Positions 22,378 to 33,208 of a stretch of 64,000 bases of DNA are shown here, piece by piece. Both the position numbers and the translations under genes were made by a program. Source of the stretch: an uncultured bacterium (lineage in GTDB: Bacteria > Patescibacteriota > Minisyncoccia > Phycocordibacterales > GWA1-40-21); NCBI GenBank assembly GCA_963716205.1, contig OY970290.1, positions 584,823-648,822 of the forward strand. Reading direction: 5' to 3'. Under the pieces are notes generated by a model. That model worked only from the letters and a program-made list of their open reading frames with translations. It had not been told where the DNA came from and made no database searches. Position 1 is the stretch's first letter, and each line of letters opens with the position of its first letter.

Positions 22378-23499
22378 CTAAACCTCCTGAAGCTTGCGAA
22401 TAGCAAGGCCGATGGCAACGGTAAATTCCGGACCGGCAACGCGAAGCACTTCTTCAAGAAAAGCCGGGTATGCAATCTTTGAAAATGGGTTGGCGACTTC
22501 AACAGGCGTCTCAAAAGAATTCTGCGCTTTTTCTTTGACGCCTTTCAAAAGCGCTCCGCCGCCGGTCAATATAATCTTGCTGATTTTCTTGTCGGATTTT
22601 TTGTAATAATCGAGAATGAACCGTCCCGTTTCTGCAAAAATATAATCCATGGTCACCGAGGACACTTCAGAAACGCCCGGATTGCTTTTATTTTCCTCGA
22701 TGCCGTTTTCGCGTTTTATTTTTTCGGCGTCAACGAAAGGAATGTCCAGTGATTTGGAAATGGCGAGCGTAATATCCTGCGAACCGCGGTTGATGACGTG
22801 CGAGGCTTTGAGAATTCCGCGTTCGACAATGAAAACTTTCGTCGAGCCGGCGCCGAAATCCATGATCATTTGCGGAGCGAGTGACGGATCAAGCGCCGCC
22901 CGCATCGTGCTGAAAATTTCCACTTCGGAAAAGCTGACGTTGAGCGAGGCGAGCTTCTGGATGTCTTTGTTTTTGGCAAGAGCGTCGTTGCTGATAACCA
23001 CAAGCAGGACTTCCGTCGATTTGTCTTCTTCGACTTTCGCGCCGTTTTGGAATTCAGAAACCGTACTTTCGTCCTTCGGCATCGCCCACCAATCGAGCGT
23101 CACTTCGGAGATCGGTACTGGAATATATTTTCTCGCTTCAAGCGGGATCATGTCGGCAAGATTTTTTTCGTCCGCAGTCGGAATTTTTATGAAAACAACA
23201 AAGCTTGAACCGATAGAAATCGACATGCCGCAATCCGCAGTCGTCGTGTTGGATTCCTTCAATACGTCTTTCACTGCTTCCGCGATTTTGTCCGCTGGAA
23301 GCACGGAGGATCTTCCGAGATCGGTGTTTGCATATGGACCGAGCGCCACTTCGCCGTATGTTTCAAGGACTGCTTTGCCGTTTTTCTTCTTCAGTTGGAT
23401 GACTTTGACGGATGATGAACCGATATCGATGCCAAGGACGCTCGCACTTTTTTTGGCGGAAGAGAATTGATCCAGAAAATTTGTAAAAAAATTTGCCAT
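22378..23499 (-). CDS. pilM: pilus assembly protein PilM
   Basis: LGIDIGSSSVK, EARKYIP, LTGGGALL, AIGLAIR. Confidence 0.95.
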   Translation of the reverse strand: MANFFTNFLDQFSSAKKSASVLGIDIGSSSVKVIQLKKKNGKAVLETYGEVALGPYANTDLGRSSVLPADKIAEAVKDVLKESNTTTADCGMSISIGSSFVVFIKIPTADEKNLADMIPLEARKYIPVPISEVTLDWWAMPKDESTVSEFQNGAKVEEDKSTEVLLVVISNDALAKNKDIQKLASLNVSFSEVEIFSTMRAALDPSLAPQMIMDFGAGSTKVFIVERGILKASHVINRGSQDITLAISKSLDIPFVDAEKIKRENGIEENKSNPGVSEVSSVTMDYIFAETGRFILDYYKKSDKKISKIILTGGGALLKGVKEKAQNSFETPVEVANPFSKIAYPAFLEEVLRVAGPEFTVAIGLAIRKLQEV

Positions 23500-23843
23500 A
23501 CGTAAAGATATGATGAACGTTATGTTATTATAACACAACACAACCTCCGTTCAATGACGTAATCCTCAAATACCCAAAAAATAAAAGACTTTTTCGGCGC
23601 CCTGCTTTCGCTCATCCTGCCCAAAGGTGCCGATGTCATTGAAATTGAAAATATGCCGATGGAAACCCTTGCACAAAAATACCGCACGCCGACGGTATAG
23701 AAAATGGCGCTTCCAAAGTGCTTTTCTAATATAAAATCCCATCGCCATTACAACCAGTACGACGATGCGCGAAGCATCAAAAAACTCTCCGCGCAGCCGG
23801 CGCGAAAAAAGTTTTGTGTTTTGCACTGGCACATTAGAAAATG

Positions 23844-24836
23844 TTATTGCAAATATTCCTGCACATTTTCCAACTGTCCCGCATACGTGTCCGAGCAATG
23901 TATCATGCCATTTGCATCATGCAGATAATACAAACATGTCGTCGTTGCCGGATTGAGCACCGCGTTTATCGCATCGAGTCCGGGATTAGAAATCGGCGTC
24001 GGCGGAAGCCCGGCATACATATATGTGTTGTAGGGCGAATCAATCTTTTCATCCGCCGGCGTGATTGGCGCCCAATAGCCTTCTCCAGTATTGCCTCTTG
24101 CGTATTGCAGCGTCGAATCCGCTTGTAATCTCATATTTTGCAAAAGGCGGTTCCACAAAATTCCCGCGACAAGCGGCATGTCAGATTTCCCCGCCGCTTC
24201 CCTTTGGACAATTGATGCAAGTTTGAGAACAGTCGTCCATTTGATATTTTGTGCGAGTGCTTCCGCGGCGTACGGAGCGAATGATTCGGCAAATTGATCC
24301 TGCAATCTTTTGACCGTATCGAGCGGAGTGGCATTTGCCGGAATCAAGTACGTATCCGGAAAATACACACCCTCGACATAATCCGGATCGGTATCGGTAT
24401 CGACATTGATCCATTCATTTTTCTGCGCATCCGTCCAGCCGAGCGTGCTTGCGAGAATTTCCGCAATTTCTTCTTTGCGAAGACCTTCCGGAATAACAAC
24501 CCATTTCAAGGATGGGCCTTTTGATAATACACTTGCAATCTGCCATGCGCTCATTGAACTTGAAATTTTATAGCCGCCGGCGGAAATATTTTTTACCCCC
24601 TTGAGCCATGCCGCCATTTCAAATATGAAAGAATTTCTGATAAAGCCGTCATTTTTCAATAAAGAAACTGATGATTCCGTTGCATTGAGCGGAACGGTAA
24701 ATTGTCCGGTTGCCGAATTCGATTGCGCCAGCTGGAAAAATATCAGATAGACAAACAAAATAAAAAAAATGACTGCAAAACTTGCGATTGAAATCCATAT
24801 TCCATTTCTTTTTGCTCCGGAAATTTTTTCTTCCAT
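23844..24836 (-). CDS. mltG: endolytic transglycosylase
   Basis: IPEG, EGVYFPDTY, ASIVQRE, SPYNTY..GLPPTPISNPG. Confidence 0.95.
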   Translation of the reverse strand: MEEKISGAKRNGIWISIASFAVIFFILFVYLIFFQLAQSNSATGQFTVPLNATESSVSLLKNDGFIRNSFIFEMAAWLKGVKNISAGGYKISSSMSAWQIASVLSKGPSLKWVVIPEGLRKEEIAEILASTLGWTDAQKNEWINVDTDTDPDYVEGVYFPDTYLIPANATPLDTVKRLQDQFAESFAPYAAEALAQNIKWTTVLKLASIVQREAAGKSDMPLVAGILWNRLLQNMRLQADSTLQYARGNTGEGYWAPITPADEKIDSPYNTYMYAGLPPTPISNPGLDAINAVLNPATTTCLYYLHDANGMIHCSDTYAGQLENVQEYLQ

Positions 24837-24894
24837 ATATTCATAATATCACAATCGAAAAGCCGTGCCGATTAACATCGGCACGGCATAAAAA

Positions 24895-25434
24895 TCAAAG
24901 CGTATTGATTTCTTCATGAGATTCTATAAAGACGCTGAAAAACTCCATCTTATTTTGAATCTTCTCTTTCCATCCTCGTCTCCATCGCTTGCTATTCAAA
25001 TGAACTGACCACTTTTGTTTTGACAACCATCGGTCGTATCTTGAACGCTCCTGTCGGACCGCCCACTTGGCAACCTTGAATAAAAGTTTGCTCTTTTCCG
25101 ATACGGAAATTTTATGCGACGGATTCGCGGCAAAATCTTTTTCCGCAAAATGGATTTCCGCCTGTCCACCGGCAAGAGCGACAAAATCAATGCATCTGCG
25201 CCTGATATTCAAAGTATTACCGCGTGTCTTAATACTCTTATATATCATTACACGCAAAATAGTCTTCATCTCCTGCATGAAAGCGTGACCGAAAAAGGAA
25301 TCCGAGTCTACGCAGCAAGAATGAATAAACAAGATAATCAGGTCCATTAATTTTCTTATCTCGTCCTCGACAATCCTATCAATCTTTTCTTCGGACTCTG
25401 CTTTGGCAAGCCCGACTTTTTTATTTTCCGTCAT
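24895..25434 (-). CDS. orphan hypothetical protein
   Basis: Long ORF with GGAGG SD, own -10 and terminator hairpin at ~24862-24888. Confidence 0.6.
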   Translation of the reverse strand: MTENKKVGLAKAESEEKIDRIVEDEIRKLMDLIILFIHSCCVDSDSFFGHAFMQEMKTILRVMIYKSIKTRGNTLNIRRRCIDFVALAGGQAEIHFAEKDFAANPSHKISVSEKSKLLFKVAKWAVRQERSRYDRWLSKQKWSVHLNSKRWRRGWKEKIQNKMEFFSVFIESHEEINTL

Positions 25435-25569
25435 CGAGCCCTCCAATTTTTATTTTCGCAGAGTGCGAATGACAATCTGCCGCAAATATATCATGATTCA
25501 AAAAGAAAAGCGATAAAAAAAATTTAAAACTAGAATAAAAAATAATAATATGGTATCTTTGCCAAATAC

Positions 25570-25658
25570 GGAGACGTGGCTGAGTGGTCGAAAGCGCCTC
25601 ACTGCTAACGAGGTGGACCCGTTAAACGGTCTCGTGAGTTCGAATCTCACCGTCTCCG
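25570..25658 (+). tRNA. tRNA-Ser(GCT)
   Basis: GGAGACG/CGTCTCC acceptor stem, CT-GCT-AA loop, long variable arm, G discriminator. Confidence 0.95.
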
Positions 25659-25695
25659 CAGACGAAAATTCGCTGGCAAGCCAGCGAATTTTTAT

Positions 25696-26187
25696 TTATT
25701 TTTCCGCGCCATCTTCACGGTCAAAACTGCCGATATTCCTGTGATGGGAAAATTTCAGAAGCTGATGCTCAATAAACCAAAAGATAATGAAGACGACGAG
25801 CGCAGCGATGGTGCCGACAAGCGCAAGCTCAAAAAATCCAAATCCCGCCGCCATACCGACGCCGGCCGAAACCCATAGCCCCGCTGCAGTCGTCAACTCG
25901 GCAACTTTATGGTGGTCCGGCTGAAAAAGAACAAGACCTGCACCGATAAAACCAATACCGGTAATGACAGCTCCTGGAATGACAACTGCACTCGTCGCAG
26001 AAGCATTCGCCCCGCTCGCCAGAATATATTCTGAAATAAGGGCAAAAAGTGATGAACCAATGGCGACCATTGCATATGTCCGCATACCGGCGGTCTTACC
26101 CGCAAATGTCCGTTCAAGTCCGAGCACCGAAGCAAGCCCGATCGCCACGAGAACCCGCACGATAATTTCAGTCGTCGTAATATCCAT
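25696..26187 (-). CDS. MgtC/SapB family protein
   Basis: LGLER...AGMRT, GIGFIGAG, LTTAAGLW. Confidence 0.93.
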   Translation of the reverse strand: MDITTTEIIVRVLVAIGLASVLGLERTFAGKTAGMRTYAMVAIGSSLFALISEYILASGANASATSAVVIPGAVITGIGFIGAGLVLFQPDHHKVAELTTAAGLWVSAGVGMAAGFGFFELALVGTIAALVVFIIFWFIEHQLLKFSHHRNIGSFDREDGAEK

Positions 26188-26261
26188 AAAATAAATTATT
26201 TTTTGCTAATGCGGCGATTATATCATATTCACGATTTTCTGTGGAATGCTACAATGGTTCA

Positions 26262-28421
26262 ATGAATTTCAATTCCCCACTCGAGCCAATCGTTCGCCCA
26301 AATGAATTTGAAAAAAAAGCGCTCAAAAAGCTTGGTCTCAAAACCGTCGGCGATTTGCTCTATTATTTTCCCGCGCGCTACGGCGACACGTCGGAAAAAA
26401 GAAATATCGGAAGTCTTCTTACCGGCGAAAAAGCGGTAATCTTCGGCAAAATTTCCGGACTCAAAACAAGCAAAGGATTTCGGAGCAAAATCCCGATGTC
26501 GCAAGCAACGATTGAAGACGAGTCAGGAAAAATAAAAGCAGTGTGGTTCCACCAGCCGTACATAGCAAAAATAATCCATGATGGAGCATTCGTCCGCGCA
26601 GACGGAAAAGTCTCCGAACGGAAAGGAGAATTGTATTTTTCAAATCCAAAGATCGAAACAGTTACAAAACTTCCGATCGGCGTCGGCGATTCACTTTTCG
26701 GAAACGACGGCGAAGCGCATTCGCTTTATCCGGTGTATCCGGAGACGAAAGGCGTCACATCAAACTGGCTGTATCATAAAATACAGAAAATTTTCAGTTC
26801 GGAAATTCTCGATGCTTTGGAAGATCCGATACCGGAATATATTTTGGACGCGTATAATCTTCCGTCTCTGAAAACCGCGCTCGTCTGGATTCACATTCCG
26901 CAAAAACAAAATGATGCGCTCGCCGCGCGAAAACGATTTGCATTCGAGGAAATTTTTTTCATCCAGCTGCAGAAAAAGAAAGATAGGATGGCTTGGAATA
27001 AAAATCCTTCGTATGTCATTTCAAAAACTCCGGCGGAAATTGAAGCATTTACCAAACGATTTCCATTTGAGATGACCGATGCTCAACACAGTGCGATTGA
27101 AAAGATCCTTGGCGATTTCAAAGCCGGTCATGCGATGGCACGATTGCTTGAGGGCGATGTCGGTTCCGGAAAAACTGCGGTCGCCGCGGCAACAGCGTTT
27201 GCAATCATTTCTTCGCGGCCAGCTGGACAGACTTTTGGCAATCTGCAGGCCGCATACATGGTGCCGACCGAAATTCTCGCCAAGCAGCATTTCGAATCGT
27301 TCATCGAATATTTTACACATCTGGGAATTCAAGTCGGATTGATCACCGGAAAAGAATGCAGAAAATTTCCGTCAAAAGTAAATCCAAAAGGCTGGACAAA
27401 AATTTCCCGCGCGCAATTATTAAAGTGGGTTGCAAACGGCGAAATACCGATACTCATCGGCACGCATGTGCTCATCCAAAAATCCGTCAAATTCAAGCAT
27501 CTTGCATACGTCATTATTGACGAACAGCATCGCTTCGGCACTTTGCAAAGACAAAAGCTCACGCGGAAAGAAGGTCTCAATCCGCATCTTTTGTCTATGA
27601 CCGCAACGCCGATTCCCCGCACTTTATCGCTCACTCTCTATGGCGATCTCGATATCACTCTGCTTGATCAAATGCCTGCGGGCAGAAAACCGATTATTAC
27701 GGAAATTGTTTTGCCAAACAACAGAAATGAAACGTATGAAAAAATAAAAATTGCGCTTAACACCGGACGGCAAGCATATGTCATCTGCCCGAGAATCGAT
27801 GTTCCCGATCCTGAAAAAGAAATGGCGGTTATTGCAAAATCAGTCAAAGAAGAAGCAGAAAGATTGAAACGGGATGTATTTCAAAAATATGAAATCGGAA
27901 TTCTTCATTCTAAAATGCTTCAGAGCGAAAAAGAAAAAGTGATGCATGATTTCACATCGGGTAAAATAAAAATTCTTATCGCTACCTCGGTCGTCGAAGT
28001 CGGCGTCAACGTGCCGAATGCGACGATTATCATTATCGAAGGTGCGGAAAGGTTCGGTCTTGCCCAATTGCATCAGCTTCGCGGGAGGGTCTTGCGGAGC
28101 AATCATCAGGCGTACTGCTATGTTTTTGCGCAAGCGAAAACGGAAAAAACTCTGGAGCGGTTGAAAGCATTCAAAAAAACTTCCAATGGCTTTGAACTTG
28201 CCGAGTTTGATCTGAAACTTCGCGGTGCGGGAGAGCTTGCCGGCGGCAAGCAATGGGGCATTAGCGACATCGGCATGGAAGCGATACGAAATATAAAAAT
28301 GGTCGAAGCTGCGCGAAACGAGGCAGAGAAAATTTTACAAGAAGATGAAACTCTTTCGCAATTCCCTCTCATTGTTAAAAAGCTTGCTGAAAGAAAAACG
28401 GAAGAGATTCATTTTGAATAA
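26262..28421 (+). CDS. recG: ATP-dependent DNA helicase RecG
   Basis: GDVGSGKT, DEQHRFG, MTATPIPRTL, GLAQLHQLRGRV. Confidence 0.97.
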   Translation: MNFNSPLEPIVRPNEFEKKALKKLGLKTVGDLLYYFPARYGDTSEKRNIGSLLTGEKAVIFGKISGLKTSKGFRSKIPMSQATIEDESGKIKAVWFHQPYIAKIIHDGAFVRADGKVSERKGELYFSNPKIETVTKLPIGVGDSLFGNDGEAHSLYPVYPETKGVTSNWLYHKIQKIFSSEILDALEDPIPEYILDAYNLPSLKTALVWIHIPQKQNDALAARKRFAFEEIFFIQLQKKKDRMAWNKNPSYVISKTPAEIEAFTKRFPFEMTDAQHSAIEKILGDFKAGHAMARLLEGDVGSGKTAVAAATAFAIISSRPAGQTFGNLQAAYMVPTEILAKQHFESFIEYFTHLGIQVGLITGKECRKFPSKVNPKGWTKISRAQLLKWVANGEIPILIGTHVLIQKSVKFKHLAYVIIDEQHRFGTLQRQKLTRKEGLNPHLLSMTATPIPRTLSLTLYGDLDITLLDQMPAGRKPIITEIVLPNNRNETYEKIKIALNTGRQAYVICPRIDVPDPEKEMAVIAKSVKEEAERLKRDVFQKYEIGILHSKMLQSEKEKVMHDFTSGKIKILIATSVVEVGVNVPNATIIIIEGAERFGLAQLHQLRGRVLRSNHQAYCYVFAQAKTEKTLERLKAFKKTSNGFELAEFDLKLRGAGELAGGKQWGISDIGMEAIRNIKMVEAARNEAEKILQEDETLSQFPLIVKKLAERKTEEIHFE

Positions 28422-28459
28422 ATTGCGAAAAGGTAATTTTTGATATACTATCTGCCCAT

Positions 28460-28533
28460 GCGCGTGTAGCTCAGCTGGTCAGAGCGCGAAGCTTATACCT
28501 TCGTGGTCCCTGGTTCGAATCCAGGCACGCGCA
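28460..28533 (+). tRNA. tRNA-Ile(TAT)
   Basis: GCGCGTG/CACGCGC stem; anticodon arm CGAAG-CT-TAT-AC-CTTCG; GGTTCGAATCC T arm. Confidence 0.92.
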
Positions 28534-28598
28534 CAAAATAAAGGCTATTTTTCTACTTGACAAGAGTATTATTTGGTAATATAATGCGAAAACAAAGT

Positions 28599-28745
28599 AT
28601 GGCGGAAAATTTTGAACCAAAAGAAGAAATTTCAACGGAAAAAAAACCTGATATACTGGATGATAAATTTCGTGTTGAGGAAGTTTTTAAAAAATTGTCG
28701 GAATTAAGAAAGGTTCAAGAGAACACTCAGTCAAAATCTTTATAA
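28599..28745 (+). CDS. small acidic hypothetical protein
   Basis: MAENFEPKEE...; preceded by TTGACA-17-TATAAT at 28557-28585. Confidence 0.5.
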   Translation: MAENFEPKEEISTEKKPDILDDKFRVEEVFKKLSELRKVQENTQSKSL

Positions 28746-28766
28746 AATAATTTAAATAAAAAAAAT

Positions 28767-29084
28767 ATGAAACCCGAAAATATAAATAATAATGAAAAAC
28801 ATGAGCTTATTGGAGAAATTTTTGAAACTCAGGCAATGGCCGCAGAATTAATAAAATATGGAATCGGGATTGAGAATAAAGAACTTATTGATGATTTGAT
28901 ACAAAAAAGAGAATTTACAATTAATGAATTAGCTGGAAGTTTATCAGAACAAGAAGTGAATGAGTTAACTAGACCATATCTTGAGGAAAATGATGATAAT
29001 ATTCCTCTTGATTTTGATTCTCGTAAAAAATATTACGCAGCAAGAATTTTGATAAAAATTACAGAGAGTACGAAAGCAGCTTAA
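28767..29084 (+). CDS. AT-rich hypothetical protein
   Basis: 105-aa ORF ending at a palindromic terminator. Confidence 0.6.
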   Translation: MKPENINNNEKHELIGEIFETQAMAAELIKYGIGIENKELIDDLIQKREFTINELAGSLSEQEVNELTRPYLEENDDNIPLDFDSRKKYYAARILIKITESTKAA

Positions 29085-29139
29085 ATTCAATATTAAAAAG
29101 AGCGGCACCCTAGGGTGCCGCTCTTTTTAATATTGAATT
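29084..29139. terminator. 56-bp perfect palindrome, probable bidirectional terminator
   Basis: AATTCAATATTAAAAAGAGCGGCACCCT|AGGGTGCCGCTCTTTTTAATATTGAATT between convergent genes. Confidence 0.85.
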
Positions 29140-29146
29140 GTATTTT

Positions 29147-31108
29147 TTATACTTTCATTCCCGCCTGCTCGATCACCTCTTTCTTTTTCGGCACAATGCC
29201 GTTTGCAATCAAAAGCTTCTCGAATTCTTCGCGCTCAATCGTCTCGATTTCTATCAATCTTTGTGCGATAGCATCCAATGCTTTGCGGTGATCGGTGATT
29301 ATTTTCTGCGCGCGATTTTTATTGTCATTCATTATAGCTGAAACTTCCGCATCAATCTCGGCGCTGACTCTGTCAGAATATTCTTTGTCCTCGACTCCTT
29401 TGCCAAACATCGCCCGTCCGCCTTCACCTTCAAGCGCGACCGGACCGAATTTGTCGGACATTCCATATTTTGTCACCATATCCCTCGCAAGAGCCGTAGC
29501 AACCTGCAAGTCGTTTGAAGGACCCGTTGTCAGATCGCCAAAAATAGTTTTCTCCGCGACATATCCGCCGAGTGATACTGCAATGTCATCGAGAAATTCT
29601 TTTTTCGATTGCAATCTCTTGTCCTCAAACGGCAGATGAAGCGTGTATCCGCCGGCTCGTCCGCGGGCGATGATTGAAATTTTATGCACCGGATCCGCAT
29701 GAACGAGTACGGAAGACACCAGTGCATGCCCGGCTTCGTGATACGCGGTGATCTCTTTTTCTTTTTTGGAAAGAATATGACTCTTTCGCTCCGGACCCAT
29801 CATGACTTTTTCGATGGAACGAATCAGATCAAACTGGGAAACTTTCTGCCTGCCTTCCCGCGCCGCGAGAATGGCTCCTTCATTCATCAGCGAATACAAA
29901 TCCGCGCCGGAAAATCCCGGAGTCCTTTCCGCAATAACGCGCAAGTTCACGTCTTCGGCAAATGGTTTCTCTTTTGAATGGACTTTCAAAATTGCTTCGC
30001 GATCATTTCGATCCGGCAAATCAATAATGACTCTTCGGTCAAATCTTCCCGGCCTCAAGAGCGCGGTATCCAAAACATCCGGCCGGTTCGTCGCCGCCAT
30101 AACAATGACTTTTTCATTCTGCTCGAAGCCGTCCATCTCAACGAGAATCTGGTTTAGCGTCTGTTCACGTTCGTCATTGCCTCCGCCCATTCCGCCGCCG
30201 CGCACTCGTCCGACAGCATCAATCTCATCGATAAATATGATGGCTGGCGCTGCAGACTTCGCCATTTTGAACAAATCTCGCACGCGGGAGGCGCCGACTC
30301 CGACGAACATTTCCACAAATTCCGATCCGGAAATAGAAAAGAATGCGACTCCGGCTTCACCGGCAACAGCCCGCGCGAGCAAAGTCTTTCCCGTTCCCGG
30401 TGCACCCATCAAAAGAATTCCTTTCGGAATTTTTGCCCCGATATCAAGGAATTTTTTTGGATTTTTCAGGAAATCCACGACTTCCGTTAATTCTTCCTTT
30501 GCTTCTTTCGCTCCGGCAACATCAGCAAACGTCACGCGCTGTTTTTTGTCCGACGGTAAAATAATTCTCGCTTTTGATTGCCCGAAAGACATCGCCTGCA
30601 TGCCGGCACCTTTCATCTGCCGCGTGATAATCCAGATAAAAATTCCAATAATGACGAGCGGAATGACAAACGGCGCAAGATTGATAAACCAATATGAAAA
30701 ACCAGTATCGCTTTCAATCGTAATATCGACTTTATCAAGAGCAGCGGAATTCACTTTGTAATTCGCCAGAGTTTCCGTCAGTGCCACACCTTCTTCTTTT
30801 TTGGAAGTTTTCACGACCGGTGTTGAAGTCGCAGTCGTCGTCGCATACGTAATCGTCAGATCATCGCCCGAAACATTAATACTTGAAACAAGCCCGGAAT
30901 TGATATCACTCGCCACCTGCGAAATGGAAATCTGCTGGTTGGAACTTCCGCCGGAAAAAATCGCAGAATATAAAACAGATACGATAATAAGAATCAAAAT
31001 GGCATTTATTATTTTGGTGAACGAAGACATCGGTCCGCCAAATCTCGGCATTTTGCTTTTGTTTCCGTTTTGTTTTTTCGCCGGTTTTTTGTTTTTTTGA
31101 TTATCCAT
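29147..31108 (-). CDS. ftsH: ATP-dependent zinc metalloprotease FtsH
   Basis: 2 [33 protein letters not shown]. Confidence 0.98.
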   Translation of the reverse strand: MDNQKNKKPAKKQNGNKSKMPRFGGPMSSFTKIINAILILIIVSVLYSAIFSGGSSNQQISISQVASDINSGLVSSINVSGDDLTITYATTTATSTPVVKTSKKEEGVALTETLANYKVNSAALDKVDITIESDTGFSYWFINLAPFVIPLVIIGIFIWIITRQMKGAGMQAMSFGQSKARIILPSDKKQRVTFADVAGAKEAKEELTEVVDFLKNPKKFLDIGAKIPKGILLMGAPGTGKTLLARAVAGEAGVAFFSISGSEFVEMFVGVGASRVRDLFKMAKSAAPAIIFIDEIDAVGRVRGGGMGGGNDEREQTLNQILVEMDGFEQNEKVIVMAATNRPDVLDTALLRPGRFDRRVIIDLPDRNDREAILKVHSKEKPFAEDVNLRVIAERTPGFSGADLYSLMNEGAILAAREGRQKVSQFDLIRSIEKVMMGPERKSHILSKKEKEITAYHEAGHALVSSVLVHADPVHKISIIARGRAGGYTLHLPFEDKRLQSKKEFLDDIAVSLGGYVAEKTIFGDLTTGPSNDLQVATALARDMVTKYGMSDKFGPVALEGEGGRAMFGKGVEDKEYSDRVSAEIDAEVSAIMNDNKNRAQKIITDHRKALDAIAQRLIEIETIEREEFEKLLIANGIVPKKKEVIEQAGMKV

Positions 31109-31165
31109 AGATTGCCCAATATAACACAGATTTCAGATTTTATAAATATCTGCTAGTATTAACGC

Positions 31166-31612
31166 ATGGCACCATTTGCTCAAAACAGAAAAGCACATTT
31201 CAACTATGAAATCCTTGAGAAAATCACGGCGGGCATTGAACTCGTCGGTTTTGAAGTCAAAGCGATCAAAGCCGGTCGCATCACGCTTGATGGCGCATAC
31301 GTCATTATCCGCGGCGGAGAAGCATTCCTTGTTGGCACGCAAGTTACGCCCATTCAGCCGAAAAATACTCCGAAAGATTTTGACGAGCGAAGAAATCGCA
31401 AACTTCTTTTGACCAAAAAAGAAATCCCGCGTCTCGCCGGCATGGAAAACAAACAAGGATTGACAATCATTCCACTTTCAGTGTATAATATTGGATACAA
31501 GCTCAAAGTCGAGCTTGGCATTGCCAGGGGCAAAAAGAAAAGCGACAAGCGCGAATCAATAAAATCTCGCGAGTCCGCCCGGGAAATGGACAGGACATTG
31601 AAAGGAAAATAA
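31166..31612 (+). CDS. smpB: SsrA-binding protein
   Basis: NRKAHFNY, AGIELVGFEVKA, RKLLL, GKKKSDKRE; adjacent to tmRNA. Confidence 0.96.
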   Translation: MAPFAQNRKAHFNYEILEKITAGIELVGFEVKAIKAGRITLDGAYVIIRGGEAFLVGTQVTPIQPKNTPKDFDERRNRKLLLTKKEIPRLAGMENKQGLTIIPLSVYNIGYKLKVELGIARGKKKSDKRESIKSRESAREMDRTLKGK

Positions 31613-31613
31613 T

Positions 31614-32018
31614 GGGGATGATCGGCCTAGACAATTGACCAATTATCCGTGCGGCAAAGTGGAGCAACCTTGTGAACTCCTAAATCTATCAAGGAAACTG
31701 TAAATGCTAAAAACATTTCTCAAAAAGTAGCGGGCGTTGCATCACCATTTATGGCGACCGTTCCTACTTTCGCTTACGCATTAGCCTAAGCGACATGTCA
31801 CCTGCTGACGTCTGATAGGTAGCGCGATGTGTAATATTTTCAGAATATATTTTATGAGTTCTCGGCGTAAAATGAAATTAGAGAATCGGATTATAAACAT
31901 TTTGTTTATTTCAAGTTTATAATCTTAAATTTGTCTTCGGACAAAAATAAATAAACTAGACTTTGTAGAAGCACTGCTAATAATCATTTGCACGGCGGTT
32001 CGATTCCGCCCATCTCCA
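31614..32018 (+). ncRNA. ssrA: tmRNA; tag peptide AKNISQKVAGVASPFMATVPTFAYALA (31706-31789)
   Basis: 5' GGGGATG pairs with 3' CATCTCC-A including a G3:U; GGCGGTTCGATTCCGCC T arm; TAAAT-GCT resume context; tag ends ALA*. Confidence 0.93.
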
Positions 32019-32918
32019 CATACACGCTATTTGAGCCGCGCGATCGATAAAAGGCGACTCTATTCCTGCATATTCACTCGGTTCGAGTCGTGGACTTTCA
32101 GATCGTATACCATTCATTGTTTCGTCAATCAGCAAGAACGGTTTGAGCAATACAGCGCTTAGTTTTTTGTCCTTCAGTGTCCAGTTCGAGACAAAATACT
32201 CGACTATCTTTTTTTGGCTTATAAGGTCTCCTTTTTTAAACCACATCTTGGAATGATGGGCAAAAACAAAGATATTTTTTAGGGAGTCTTCCCAGTTTTC
32301 CTCTCGGCCTTTTGCCTTTTTCATCCACTTTAGGGCCTCGTCCCGTTCCGTTTCCAGTTTCTTTCTCCGGTCCAAATATTCCTTGTCGGTAATTAGTTCA
32401 CGAATTCTCATATCTGTAAGGACCTCTATAGATTTTTGGGCTTTGTCATGAACTCCTTCGAGGTTCCCCATCCTAACCTTAAGGGTTTCATTATCCGTTT
32501 GCCGAATACGTTCAATCCCTTGGCGCACCCAGAATACGAAGCGTTTCGGAATATGAATTCGTTCCAAGAAGTCAGCAATTTGAGCTTTTAGACTTGGAAG
32601 GGTGATCGAAGATTGAGAACACTTGTTCTTGCCCTTCTTATTTGTGCAGTGATAATAGGTGTAGGAACGAGTTTCACCAGTACCCTTGATGAGTTTTGTT
32701 TTTTCTTCCGCCGTAACCATGTAACCGCATTCCCCGCAACGAATGGTTCCCGTGAAAGCGAATTCGTGGGTCTTGGGGCGAGGCTTTCCTTCGCGCCCTA
32801 GAATTTCCTGCACCCAGTCAAATTCATCTTGCGAGACCAGGCGCTTATATTTATGGGGATATGCTTCCCCTTTTCTTTTCATAAGACCGCAATAGAATGG
32901 GTTTGTGAACATCTTATA
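31977..32918 (-). pseudogene. large serine recombinase, 5'-truncated (recombinase, Zn-ribbon and coiled-coil parts only)
   Basis: FTNPFYCG, LVSQDEFDWVQEIL, CGECG...YYHC; no catalytic resolvase domain; ORF ends inside the tmRNA antisense. Confidence 0.85.
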
Positions 32919-32926
32919 ACGATAAC

Positions 32927-33208
32927 GTGGGGAAAGAAAAGAAGAACGATTTGGTATATGAATATGATCTTCGATACATGCTATCAACCCGAGAAGGCAT
33001 GTTAGCCCGAGATTTGGCTGAAGGATTAAACGACAAAAAAAGTCTCCGTTTTTACTTCTCGATGGCCTTGGAACACTCAGAGAAATATTTGAGAGAAATC
33101 TACCGCAAGACCATGGAGACACCAGAACATAAGATTAAAAAATCTCGTGGAGCACTCTTTTCTTACCTCATAAAAAAGTATGAACACTTTGACACTATTG
33201 ACTATTGA
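32927..33208 (+). pseudogene. C-terminal fragment of a mobile-element (replication-type) protein
   Basis: LAEGLNDKKSLRFY...KKSRGALFSYLIK; begins at the junction with the truncated recombinase. Confidence 0.5.

Noticed and set aside
23566-23898. 110-aa ORF between pilM and mltG
   Set aside because: Overlaps the mltG end and has no recognisable motifs or start signals
29802-30761. Long antisense ORFs over ftsH, pilM (22649-23470), ligA and tuf
   Set aside because: Codon-bias shadows of conserved genes on the opposite strand
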